Shown in pieces: positions 9,396 to 18,157 of a stretch of DNA of 32,000 nucleotides. A program made the translations under genes and the position numbers. Every line of letters starts with the position of its first letter. Within the stretch, counting starts at the first letter, position 1. The notes under the pieces are model-generated. The model searched no databases. It had not been told where the DNA came from and saw only the letters and a program-made list of their open reading frames with translations. This DNA is from Candidatus Heimdallarchaeota archaeon B3_Heim (lineage in GTDB: Archaea > Asgardarchaeota > Heimdallarchaeia > Hodarchaeales > Hodarchaeaceae): contig NJBF01000004.1 in the NCBI GenBank assembly GCA_003144275.1, positions 60,001 to 92,000 of the forward strand, given 5' to 3'.

Positions 9396-11243
9396 TTAAT
9401 TTGTTCTTGCCATACGCTCAACGGCAATTCGTTCCTCATAACGGTATGCTCGTGATCGAAGAGTTAATTCTTCAAAATCTACTTTTAAACCATCAAAGTT
9501 AGGGCCATCTACACACGCAAATTTCACTTTACCTCCCACGGTAACTCGACATGCTCCACACATGCCAGTTCCATCAACCATTAATGGAGCTAAGGATACT
9601 ATAGTCGGGATATCGTGCTGTTTTGTGAAATCAACTACTGCTTTCATCATTGGGATAGGCCCAATAGCAACGACATGATCGATTTTTCTCCCTTCATCAA
9701 TGAATTTTCGCAATAAATCTAATCCATATCCATGGTGACCTAACGTCCCATCGTCTGTAGCAATATGTAGCTCATCACTGGCTGAAGTCATCTCATCTTG
9801 ACAGATCAGAAGTGATCCTGTTCGAGCAGAAATAATGCTTATCACATAATTACCTATATCTCTCATTGCTTTCGTTTTTGGCAATACAGGGGCAACACCA
9901 CAACCTCCTCCTAATACTACGACTGTTCCCCATTTTTCTATCTTCACAGGTTCACCAAGCGGTCCTAACAAATTCAAAATATGATCTCCCTCACTTAACC
10001 TTCCCATCAATTTCGTACTCTTTCCTATCTTCTGAAAAATAAGTGTAATAGTTCCAGCTTCTCTATCAAAATCAGCAACTGTTAGGGGAATTCTTTCACC
10101 ATGGTCAGTAACACGTAAAATGACAAATTGACCTGGTTGACATTTCTCTGCGATGCGTGGAGCACTAACGACCCACTTAATTATTTCTGAAGACAAGTCG
10201 ACCTTTTCAATAATTGTACTTTTCCCTTCAACAAACCTCTGGGCTAAGGACGGCTCCAATTTTTCTGGTATCTCTTTACTTGCTTCTTTTTCCAGATTTG
10301 TAAGATAGTGTGAGATCTGCATAGCCGCTGTTTGACCTTCTGCAGCATCAATTCCAACAATCGAATCTCCTCTTATTGCGCTTCCAGCAGCAAATACTCC
10401 CTGTAAGTTTGTATCTTGATTTGCGGAATTAATTATTATTTTTCCTTCAGGTGTGATAGCTAAACCAGCATTCATGAATAATTCTCTATTCTTAATTTTA
10501 CTACTGAGGATAACGATAATCTCAGTTGAAATTGATACTCTCTCACCTGTAGAACTCTTCAAATTCACTTTCTTGACTTTAAGATCTCCCTCAAATGAAA
10601 TAACTTCATGTCCAAAACGAATATTAACAAAACTTTCATTTAATCTTCTTAACAATGCAGGATGTGCATCAAACGCATCTCTAGCGGTAATCAAGCATAC
10701 TTGTGCTCCTAACGAATCATAATGGAGCGCATTTCGAACGGCCCATGAAGTATGACCAATAATGGCAACATTTTTCTCTTCATATTCCCCTTCAGGGGGA
10801 TTATTGTAATAAATTCCTTTAGAATGGTATTTTCGTTCTCCAGGGACATTTAGCTTTTTGGGATGTAAACCCGTGGCGATTAGAACTGTTTTACCGTGGT
10901 ATGCGATTTCTTCCGCAAAGAACTCTCCCCGTACTACAGTAGTATAGACCCGTTTGATCTTACCTTCTAGTTCTAGTCGACTGACACGTTCAGCATATCT
11001 GATCGTTGCATGATATTTTGCTTGACGGGCCATTTTATCCAATAATTCTTGGCGAGTAATACTGAAAAAGCCTGGATAACCATCAACCATCATACTACCT
11101 GCTGTAGCCGATCCTGATCGAGCTTCAAGAACAAGAACACTTCTTCCTAATTCTGCAGCTCGAATTGCACAAGAAATTCCAGCAGGGCCGCCTCCCACAC
11201 ATATGACATCCCATATCTTTGATTCCAACAGATTCTGCTCCAA
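9396..11243 (-). CDS. fusion protein: N-terminal thioredoxin-reductase-like FAD domain + C-terminal NfnA/SudB (FAD/NAD-binding, [2Fe-2S]) subunit
   Basis: N-terminal half: GGGPAG, ATG..PKKLNVPGE...KGIYY, TNLQGVFAAG. C-terminal half (about 9396-10222): CQPGQFVILR..GERIPLTVAD, GPLG, GGGCGVAP, AIGPIPMM, MVDGTGMCGACRV...CVDGP. One continuous 615-aa frame. Confidence 0.88.
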   Translation of the reverse strand: MEQNLLESKIWDVICVGGGPAGISCAIRAAELGRSVLVLEARSGSATAGSMMVDGYPGFFSITRQELLDKMARQAKYHATIRYAERVSRLELEGKIKRVYTTVVRGEFFAEEIAYHGKTVLIATGLHPKKLNVPGERKYHSKGIYYNNPPEGEYEEKNVAIIGHTSWAVRNALHYDSLGAQVCLITARDAFDAHPALLRRLNESFVNIRFGHEVISFEGDLKVKKVNLKSSTGERVSISTEIIVILSSKIKNRELFMNAGLAITPEGKIIINSANQDTNLQGVFAAGSAIRGDSIVGIDAAEGQTAAMQISHYLTNLEKEASKEIPEKLEPSLAQRFVEGKSTIIEKVDLSSEIIKWVVSAPRIAEKCQPGQFVILRVTDHGERIPLTVADFDREAGTITLIFQKIGKSTKLMGRLSEGDHILNLLGPLGEPVKIEKWGTVVVLGGGCGVAPVLPKTKAMRDIGNYVISIISARTGSLLICQDEMTSASDELHIATDDGTLGHHGYGLDLLRKFIDEGRKIDHVVAIGPIPMMKAVVDFTKQHDIPTIVSLAPLMVDGTGMCGACRVTVGGKVKFACVDGPNFDGLKVDFEELTLRSRAYRYEERIAVERMARTN

Positions 11244-11451
11244 TCATGCCTGATCTAATGAAAGTAATAGTTTTAAAATAATGATCTAGGTGAATATAGG
11301 TAATTGTCGCTCAAATATTGCGATTAATATTGCAGTATTTAATTGATATTCTCACACGCAATCATGAATATCCTAAGATTTTTGAAGTTAATACATAAAT
11401 GGAACGTAAAGAGATTCAAACTGACTAAAATAATTATTCATTTGTAAACAC
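11244..11451. promoter_or_regulatory. divergent promoter region between the TrxR-NfnA fusion operon and the longin/uDENN gene pair
   Basis: About 210 bp of AT-rich non-coding sequence between divergent starts, with a direct repeat AATATTGC at 11314-11321 and 11326-11333. Confidence 0.35.
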
Positions 11452-12420
11452 TTGATGGCAGCAAACACAATGAATATAGATCCTTTTAGTACGAATTCTA
11501 CACTACTGGAGAAATCGACCGAGACTAGTCCATTTTCTTCGACCTTGATCGGATTCTTCTTGTGTTCCTTTGACACAACTTATGGCTTACAAATTCTTTT
11601 TTCTATTCCTGCAAAATTGAAAAAAAACTCCTCAGAACATGATATATTGAAGACACACTATATTTGGAAAGTTGAACATATCCCCATTCCCATTCGTATA
11701 GATCTAAAGATTTCTGAATTTATCTATTCAGCACTTCAATTGATTGGACCTAAATCACATGACGCAGAAGCTACCGTTGAAAAACCGATTTTCGGAATTG
11801 TTTTAAAAATATGGAAGGATGGAGAACATATTCCTCTTGAATTAATTGAACAATTCAGAGACGATCTCCAAATTAATCATTGGAATGACATTGAAATCCT
11901 GTATAAGCGACAAATCCTTGGTTTAAATCCTGCTAAAAGACGTAAATACATACAGCTTTCGGACAAAGTGGCTAAAATCGGAAAATTTCTTCAGACAACT
12001 TGGGAAGATCTAGGAAACAACGTATCCAATACCAAGATGTTCTTTAAAAAACAAAATTTGTCGATTCCCAAATCTTCTGTGTATTCAAGAAGTCAAAAAA
12101 CTCCTGGAAAGAGCTTTTTTAAGGATCCAGTCACAATGCGAGTTTTAGACTCTAAATATCAAAACGATGAGGTTTTAGTAATTTTAGTGAATCAAATGGA
12201 GACATTAGAAGATGTTAAAATCAGAGTGTCTAAAAAGACGGAATTTTTCAGTGAAAATTTATGGGAACAGGATCTTGAGGAATGGCCTACAAAGGAGGAT
12301 CTAATTTTGGAATTTCCACGATCATCAAAATTGGAAAGCTATTTGCTAAAAATAAGTAGCAAAAACCAAACAGTGGCAATTAAATCATTGAATATCGATT
12401 CTACAGATATTAAGTTATAA
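11452..12420 (+). CDS. longin/uDENN-like N-terminal domain protein with C-terminal beta-sandwich-like domain (paralog A)
   Basis: N-terminal IGFFLCSFDTTYGLQILFSIP resembles the hhhhhFD...GP.h...hP start of uDENN/longin (NPRL2/FLCN-type) domains. Visibly paralogous to 12501-13514. Exact start uncertain (TTG 11452, ATG 11455 or 11470). Confidence 0.5.
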   Translation: MMAANTMNIDPFSTNSTLLEKSTETSPFSSTLIGFFLCSFDTTYGLQILFSIPAKLKKNSSEHDILKTHYIWKVEHIPIPIRIDLKISEFIYSALQLIGPKSHDAEATVEKPIFGIVLKIWKDGEHIPLELIEQFRDDLQINHWNDIEILYKRQILGLNPAKRRKYIQLSDKVAKIGKFLQTTWEDLGNNVSNTKMFFKKQNLSIPKSSVYSRSQKTPGKSFFKDPVTMRVLDSKYQNDEVLVILVNQMETLEDVKIRVSKKTEFFSENLWEQDLEEWPTKEDLILEFPRSSKLESYLLKISSKNQTVAIKSLNIDSTDIKL

Positions 12421-12500
12421 AATAGCTACAGGAAAAGATTTAATTTTCAATTTTCTAATGTTTTGTTAATTAATTTGTATTTGAGTATCTATCCTATTAC

Positions 12501-13514
12501 TTGGAGTTCATTTTTTTGCCGAATGGGAAATCAAATCCTATTGATTCATATCACCTTCAAGTAAAAGATCGCTCTTTCGGATTCTTCATTTATTTTTATG
12601 ATGAATTACAAGGTCATTCACTACTGTTTGCCTATCCAAAGGCTCTCATGTCAAGTGAAAACGAAAGGGCCATCTTAGCTATTCACCCAGCGTGGTGGCA
12701 TCAAGATCAATTCCTTAAGTCTGAAAAATTCTCTACAATGGATCTTGAACTTAGTGGAGTGGTATATTCTGCCACTCTCTTCGAATGTGATACACAACGG
12801 TTGAAGAGACGGCCAGGCATGAAAGCAATGAAATGGCAAAAGGAGAGATTTATCCTCATCGTGAAAGCTCCTGAAAAAGTTTCTTTCATTGCTCAAGAAA
12901 TACTCCACGAGTTTCATTCCCAGATAAAGGAAAAATTCAGTAAACATTTGTGTTATCTCGTGCGATTTCAGCTTGAATCGACTAATAAGGCTGAGAACAA
13001 GGACTTTTTACCAGACAACGTTAAATTAGTGGAAGAGGGACTAGCTGAAATTTGTCAATCATTAACTCCTAACACACCAATTAGTAAACTTGAACCTTTA
13101 TTTCATATGGACAGAGAAAGGGAACCTGGCAAAAGGACTACTTTGAACTCTGTACCAAAAAAGAAATTAAGATTCGCGATTCCAAGAAGTAAAGATAGTA
13201 AAATTATTGGCCAGAAAACTTCAGATCATTCTCAAGAAAGTCCAAAATCGATCAAAATTCTATCAATAAGTAGAGGGGAAGATTTAGTAAAAATTTCAGT
13301 AAAAAATACAACTCCTTTCGATCTAAAAAATGTAGTTATCCGAGTCTATGAATCTCATGGTTTCGTTGGTAAAGACAAGAAAGTCAAGAAACTTTTGAAA
13401 TGGGCTCCAAATGAGGTTAGTGAGTTAGAATTTAAACCTGAATTAGATAAAGGGATACGTTACTTACTTAAAATTGAAGATGAAGAAGATAATCTAAAAA
13501 TAAAACGAATTTAA
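12501..13514 (+). CDS. longin/uDENN-like N-terminal domain protein with C-terminal beta-sandwich-like domain (paralog B)
   Basis: FGFFIYFYDELQGHSLLFAYP; shares IL..H..W...DL.+S..+YSA and the C-terminal domain with 11452-12420. TTG start. Confidence 0.5.
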   Translation: MEFIFLPNGKSNPIDSYHLQVKDRSFGFFIYFYDELQGHSLLFAYPKALMSSENERAILAIHPAWWHQDQFLKSEKFSTMDLELSGVVYSATLFECDTQRLKRRPGMKAMKWQKERFILIVKAPEKVSFIAQEILHEFHSQIKEKFSKHLCYLVRFQLESTNKAENKDFLPDNVKLVEEGLAEICQSLTPNTPISKLEPLFHMDREREPGKRTTLNSVPKKKLRFAIPRSKDSKIIGQKTSDHSQESPKSIKILSISRGEDLVKISVKNTTPFDLKNVVIRVYESHGFVGKDKKVKKLLKWAPNEVSELEFKPELDKGIRYLLKIEDEEDNLKIKRI

Positions 13515-13531
13515 AGGTAGGAAAATGCGCT

Positions 13532-13930
13532 TTGAACATAACAAAGGTTAAAGATTTAATGACAAAGGATTTAATAACTATTAGTGGGGATAAAAGTGTG
13601 ATATATGCTTCAGAATTAATGATAGAGAAAAATATTGGTTCTTTATTGGTTTATGAAGATTCCGAAGTGATAGGGATAATTACAGAACGGGATATTGTAA
13701 AAAAAATAATAACCGATTGTAAAGACCTATGTGAAGTTATGGCAATAGAAATTGCTACAAAAGATTTAATCACAATTGCGCCAAAGGATACAATTGAACA
13801 TGCATTAATCACGATGTACAGAAAAAATATTAAACGAATTCCCGTTAAAGATCCTATCTCTCATGAATTAGTAGGTATTATCACAACTCATGACATCATT
13901 GCCGCATTCAATACACTTGAACTAACTTAA
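13532..13930 (+). CDS. stand-alone CBS-pair (Bateman) domain protein
   Basis: VKDLMTKDLITI...ASELMIEKNIGSLLV...GIITERDI and IATKDLITIAP..TIEHALITM.RKNIKRIPV...VGIITTHDI. TTG start with AGGTAGG upstream. Confidence 0.93.
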   Translation: MNITKVKDLMTKDLITISGDKSVIYASELMIEKNIGSLLVYEDSEVIGIITERDIVKKIITDCKDLCEVMAIEIATKDLITIAPKDTIEHALITMYRKNIKRIPVKDPISHELVGIITTHDIIAAFNTLELT

Positions 13931-13939
13931 TTCCGATAA

Positions 13940-15673
13940 TCATTTTTTCACGTCTTCTGCAACAATAATTTTTGACATAATCTTACCATGTAGGTCATTA
14001 ATTGTAATCAGATATTCTTTTTCGCTTTTGTCAATGCGGGGACAATCAACTTCGTGTTCTTCACCAGGTGACCATTGAGGTACAGTTTTTTCGAACATTG
14101 TTGTTTCAAAGAAATCATGAACGTGAGAAATTCGGATTTTAACTTGATCAAGTTCTTTTTCGGAAACGTTAACTAAATTTACTCTTAGATAAACTGATTT
14201 TGGATAGATTGCTACATATTTTAATTCTAATATCTCTTTAGGAATCACAAAGCTTTCAGTAATTTCCTCTGTAGGTGGAAAAAGATCTTCATGAATAGCC
14301 ATTGCCGATCGTCGTCCAGCACCCATTGCAGAAATAACTGTTGCAGCTCCAGTTACAATATCCCCACCCGCGTATACAAACGGTTTACTAGTCCTTCCCA
14401 ATTCATCAGTCACAATATTTCCCCATTTATTCACCTCTAAATCTGGTGTAGTCATTGTAATCAAAGGATTGGCTTTATTTCCTATCGCAATGATAATCAG
14501 ATCCGTAGTGAGTTCAAAATAGTCCCCTTCTATCGGAACTGGTCTGGCACGGCCAGATTTATCTGGTTCCCCAAGTTCATATCGTTGGCAGCGAATAGAC
14601 TCAATTCTCCCTTTTTCGTCACCCATGATCTCTACTGGATTAGATAATAACTTAAATTGAATTCCTTCCTCTTCTGCATGGTGAACTTCTTCCAATCTCG
14701 CTGGCATTTGTTCCCTAGAACGACGATAGACGATATATACATTTTTAGCATCGAGTCTTAAAGCAGTTCTAGCTGAATCCATGGCGACGTTTCCTCCACC
14801 GACTACAACAACATTTTTGCCAGTAAGTAATGGTGTATTATAATCGGGATAAAGGTACGCCTTCATCAAATTCGAACGTGTCAAATATTCATTAGCAGAA
14901 TAAACCCCTTGCAAATTTTCTCCTGGAATATTCATAAACACAGGTAAGCCAGCTCCAACTCCAATATAAACTGCATCGTATCCATCCTCAGAAAATAATT
15001 CATCAATACTGCGAACCCTCCCAATAACTGAATCATAAACAAATTTGACACCAGAATTCTCCAAATTCTGAATTTCATACTGTACAACTGATTTAGGAAG
15101 TCTGAATTCAGGAATTCCATATACAAGAACGCCTCCACCAAGATGAAATGCTTCATAAACCGTTACTTCATACCCCTGTTGTATTAAATCGCCAGCCGTT
15201 GTTAGACCTGAGGGTCCACTCCCGATAATAGCTACTTTTTTCCCATTTTTCTTAACTCGCATGGGTTCAGGAATATGGCCACTAGATCTTTCATAGTCTG
15301 CAACAAACCGTTCGAGATTACCAATTCCTACAGATCTTCCTTTTTTACCCCTAACACAAACACCTTCACATTGAGATTCCTGAGGACAAACACGACCGCA
15401 AACAGCAGGGAGAACATTTCTTTCTTTAATTTTCCAAGCAGCCTCTAAAAATTTCCCTTCTTGTGCAAGAGATATAAATTCTGGTATTGGAACACGTACA
15501 GGACACCCTTCAACACATTTAGATTTCTTACAGTTCAAACATCGATTTGCTTCCTGAATTGCCATCTCTTCGGAATAGCCATAAGGAACTTCACGAAAAT
15601 TCTTTGCTCGTACCTGAGGAGGTTGGGTTGGCATTTCAGAAAAAACTATCTTCATTCGGTCTTTAGACTTCAT
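13940..15673 (-). CDS. NfnB/SudA-type NADPH-dependent oxidoreductase, copy 2, with about 110-aa C-terminal extension domain
   Basis: CLNCKKSKCVEGCP, GRVCPQESQCEGVC, GSGPSG, YGIPEFRLPK, GGGNVAMD, YRRS, GGDIVTGAATVISAMGAG. The core ends at ...AMAIHEDLF (about 14280), followed by an extra domain. Confidence 0.92.
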   Translation of the reverse strand: MKSKDRMKIVFSEMPTQPPQVRAKNFREVPYGYSEEMAIQEANRCLNCKKSKCVEGCPVRVPIPEFISLAQEGKFLEAAWKIKERNVLPAVCGRVCPQESQCEGVCVRGKKGRSVGIGNLERFVADYERSSGHIPEPMRVKKNGKKVAIIGSGPSGLTTAGDLIQQGYEVTVYEAFHLGGGVLVYGIPEFRLPKSVVQYEIQNLENSGVKFVYDSVIGRVRSIDELFSEDGYDAVYIGVGAGLPVFMNIPGENLQGVYSANEYLTRSNLMKAYLYPDYNTPLLTGKNVVVVGGGNVAMDSARTALRLDAKNVYIVYRRSREQMPARLEEVHHAEEEGIQFKLLSNPVEIMGDEKGRIESIRCQRYELGEPDKSGRARPVPIEGDYFELTTDLIIIAIGNKANPLITMTTPDLEVNKWGNIVTDELGRTSKPFVYAGGDIVTGAATVISAMGAGRRSAMAIHEDLFPPTEEITESFVIPKEILELKYVAIYPKSVYLRVNLVNVSEKELDQVKIRISHVHDFFETTMFEKTVPQWSPGEEHEVDCPRIDKSEKEYLITINDLHGKIMSKIIVAEDVKK

Positions 15674-16560
15674 GATGTTTCCTCTTCCCTGGATTTTTCT
15701 TGATATTTAGCTAAGGATCGGCATTCAGGAGAAAAATTCTGTAAACTAAGTGTTTCCTCACTAATATACAAGGTGTTACGTACATGTATTATTTCCTCCC
15801 AATCAATTTTATGGGCATTAAATTCTGGTCCATCAACGCATGCAAATTTTGTTTTACCATCATAAGATAAACGACAGCTTCCGCACATCCCTGTTCCATC
15901 CACCATAATTGTGGTAACTGTAGCATAGGTTGGAATAGCTCCTTTTTCTTTCGTTAGCTTTGAAACCTTGCTCATCATGACATTGCAGCCAATAACTTTG
16001 ATATGATCAATTTTTCGTTGTTGAGATTCAATCATGTGCTCAAGCACATCGTAAATATGTCCCCGTTCTCCTTTAGATCCATCAGTGGTAACAAGGATGA
16101 CTTCATCACTCACAGTTTTGAATTCCTCTTCATAATAAAGTAAATTCTCGTTTTTAGCCTCAATAATTGTTATTACGTGGTTTCCAAGTTCCTTGAGTCT
16201 TTTTGCTATTGGATAGGTCGCACCTACTCCATAACAACCCCCACTCACAACAACTGTTCCAAAATTCTCTAGATAAGCTGGTTCCCCTAATGGCCCTACA
16301 ATGCTATAAAATGAATCTCCTTCTTCCATAAATGCCATTTTGGAAGTAGATAATCCTAATTCCTGGACAATAAATGAAATCGTACCTTTTTCTTTATCCC
16401 AATCTATTAAGGTTAAAGGTATTTTTTCTGACCGTTCATCTACCATTACTAAGATAAATTGACCTGCTTTAGCTTTTCTTGCTATAGTAGGAACTGATAT
16501 ATCTAGCTTGTAAAAATTGGGTACAAATTCTTCCTTTTTTAGAATTTCAAATTTGGACAT
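15670..16560 (-). CDS. NfnA/SudB-type FAD/NAD-binding [2Fe-2S] subunit, copy 2
   Basis: AKAGQFILV...EKIPLTLID, VGPLG, TDGSKG, MVDGTGMCGSCRL...CVDGPEF. 4-bp ATGA overlap with the downstream NfnB. Confidence 0.92.
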   Translation of the reverse strand: MSKFEILKKEEFVPNFYKLDISVPTIARKAKAGQFILVMVDERSEKIPLTLIDWDKEKGTISFIVQELGLSTSKMAFMEEGDSFYSIVGPLGEPAYLENFGTVVVSGGCYGVGATYPIAKRLKELGNHVITIIEAKNENLLYYEEEFKTVSDEVILVTTDGSKGERGHIYDVLEHMIESQQRKIDHIKVIGCNVMMSKVSKLTKEKGAIPTYATVTTIMVDGTGMCGSCRLSYDGKTKFACVDGPEFNAHKIDWEEIIHVRNTLYISEETLSLQNFSPECRSLAKYQEKSREEETS

Positions 16561-18157
16561 CTAATACACCTTTTCCTTTTGACTGGTTGATAGCACGCTT
16601 TGAAGTTATATACAGCCTAAACTCTTCAACTTTGTCAGCTATGGGAACTCCCATATACTCAAGCTGTTGTTTTGATACCTTAGGTATTTCTAGTGGTTCG
16701 GCATTCCTTATTTCATCCTGTAAATTTTCAATTGATTCATGATTAAATCCATCTAATCCCATTGATTGAGCTAGGCGGCTTACAATGATCCAGCTAGGAA
16801 GTGCCTCTCCTGGTGGTTCAACTGCTTTATTTATTGCGTATTTCATGTATTCTTCTCCCGATTTTGTTCCGTCTTCTTCAGCGAACATTGTCGTTGGAAG
16901 AACGACCTCAGCAGTATCAGAAGAATTCGATTGGTATATATCCTGTAGAATCAGGAATTCTAGACCATCAAATTCAGAGAAAACATTCGAATTAAAGGTA
17001 GAAAAGATTGCTTTTACTCCTTGAGACTGTAAATTCTTGATATCTTCTTCGATAAATACAACGGGGTTGGTACTGACTCTTTGTGCAAATTTCAAAAGAA
17101 GATAAACTGCTTCGTCAGTTAAAGATGGAGATAATATAATTCCGATTTCCTCAGGTTTGTAGCCTTTCAACTTATCAGCCGTGTGTGTAATTGCTTCATC
17201 CCAAGGAACTGGATACTGCTCTTCTTTGATTACTTTACGTTTGACAGTAGGGTATTTAAGTCGGTCACGACCATTTACAAGAGCTGGAATACAAAATCGT
17301 CCTTTTACACAATATTCACGACGAGCTGACAATTCATATGGAGGATGAACGTTTACTACCTTATCCCACTTTACGTCAATTACCATTTGACATCCGTGTG
17401 AACATAGATTACATGTTGTTGTAACAGATTTATCGGGAGTTCCAAACCATGTCGAACCACGGGCAATGAGAGCTCCTGTCGGACATACATCAATACAATG
17501 ACCACAAAATACACACCCGCTTTCGAGGTGAGATACTTCTAAAATAGTTCCTACTTTGGTATCATGGCCACGTTTAGTTAGAGCAATAGCACTATATCCC
17601 AATACATCTTGACAGGCTCGAATACAACGAGCACATAGGATACAAAGGTTATAATCTCTTACAAGAAATGGATCATCACGTTCCAACGGAAGATTTTTAT
17701 AAAGCATTGGATACCGTATATCTTTGACCCGTAAATACTCAGAAATTTCTCGAATTTCGCATATTTCCTTGTTACTACAAGTAAAACATCCAATAACTCG
17801 TCCTGCTTTATATTCCCCATGGCGTACTTTTTCACATTCATCGTGTTCCTTACATATTATACAATAACTAGGATGTTCAGCAAGGATTAATTGGAAAACA
17901 TTTCGACGAACAGTTTGTAAATCTGGTGTTGCAGTTCGAACAACCATTCCTTCTCTGGCAGGTAATGTACAGGAATTGGGGTAAGTTCGGTTTCCCTCTA
18001 CATCAATAATACATAATCGGCATGCACCAAATGAAGGTAAATCTGGTCTTGCGCAGAGAGTAGGGATAAAAATTCCAGCTTTTGTAGCTACTTCAAGTAC
18101 AGTCTCTCCTTCCTCAAACACAACACGCCTCCCATTAATATTCATCCACTTGGTCAT
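16547..18157 (-). CDS. NuoG/HydA/FdhA-like multi-Fe-S subunit with internally truncated molybdopterin-fold remnant (no evident catalytic site)
   Basis: [2Fe-2S] IPTLC...GACRLC...SC; His-ligated H..YC..C...C plus a second C..C....C; 2x[4Fe-4S] CILCARCIRAC / CVFCGHCIDVCPTGAL; TTCNLCSHGC...CVKGR. Start reassigned to ATG at 18157 (TAATG overlap with the upstream stop, GGTGG SD) rather than 18241. Confidence 0.85.
   Translation of the reverse strand: MTKWMNINGRRVVFEEGETVLEVATKAGIFIPTLCARPDLPSFGACRLCIIDVEGNRTYPNSCTLPAREGMVVRTATPDLQTVRRNVFQLILAEHPSYCIICKEHDECEKVRHGEYKAGRVIGCFTCSNKEICEIREISEYLRVKDIRYPMLYKNLPLERDDPFLVRDYNLCILCARCIRACQDVLGYSAIALTKRGHDTKVGTILEVSHLESGCVFCGHCIDVCPTGALIARGSTWFGTPDKSVTTTCNLCSHGCQMVIDVKWDKVVNVHPPYELSARREYCVKGRFCIPALVNGRDRLKYPTVKRKVIKEEQYPVPWDEAITHTADKLKGYKPEEIGIILSPSLTDEAVYLLLKFAQRVSTNPVVFIEEDIKNLQSQGVKAIFSTFNSNVFSEFDGLEFLILQDIYQSNSSDTAEVVLPTTMFAEEDGTKSGEEYMKYAINKAVEPPGEALPSWIIVSRLAQSMGLDGFNHESIENLQDEIRNAEPLEIPKVSKQQLEYMGVPIADKVEEFRLYITSKRAINQSKGKGVLDVQI

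Noticed and set aside
13940-15673. Calling the GltD-like genes glutamate synthase
   Set aside because: No GltB large subunit is present. Both are paired with NfnA/SudB-type subunits, so Nfn/Sud-type is the better call.
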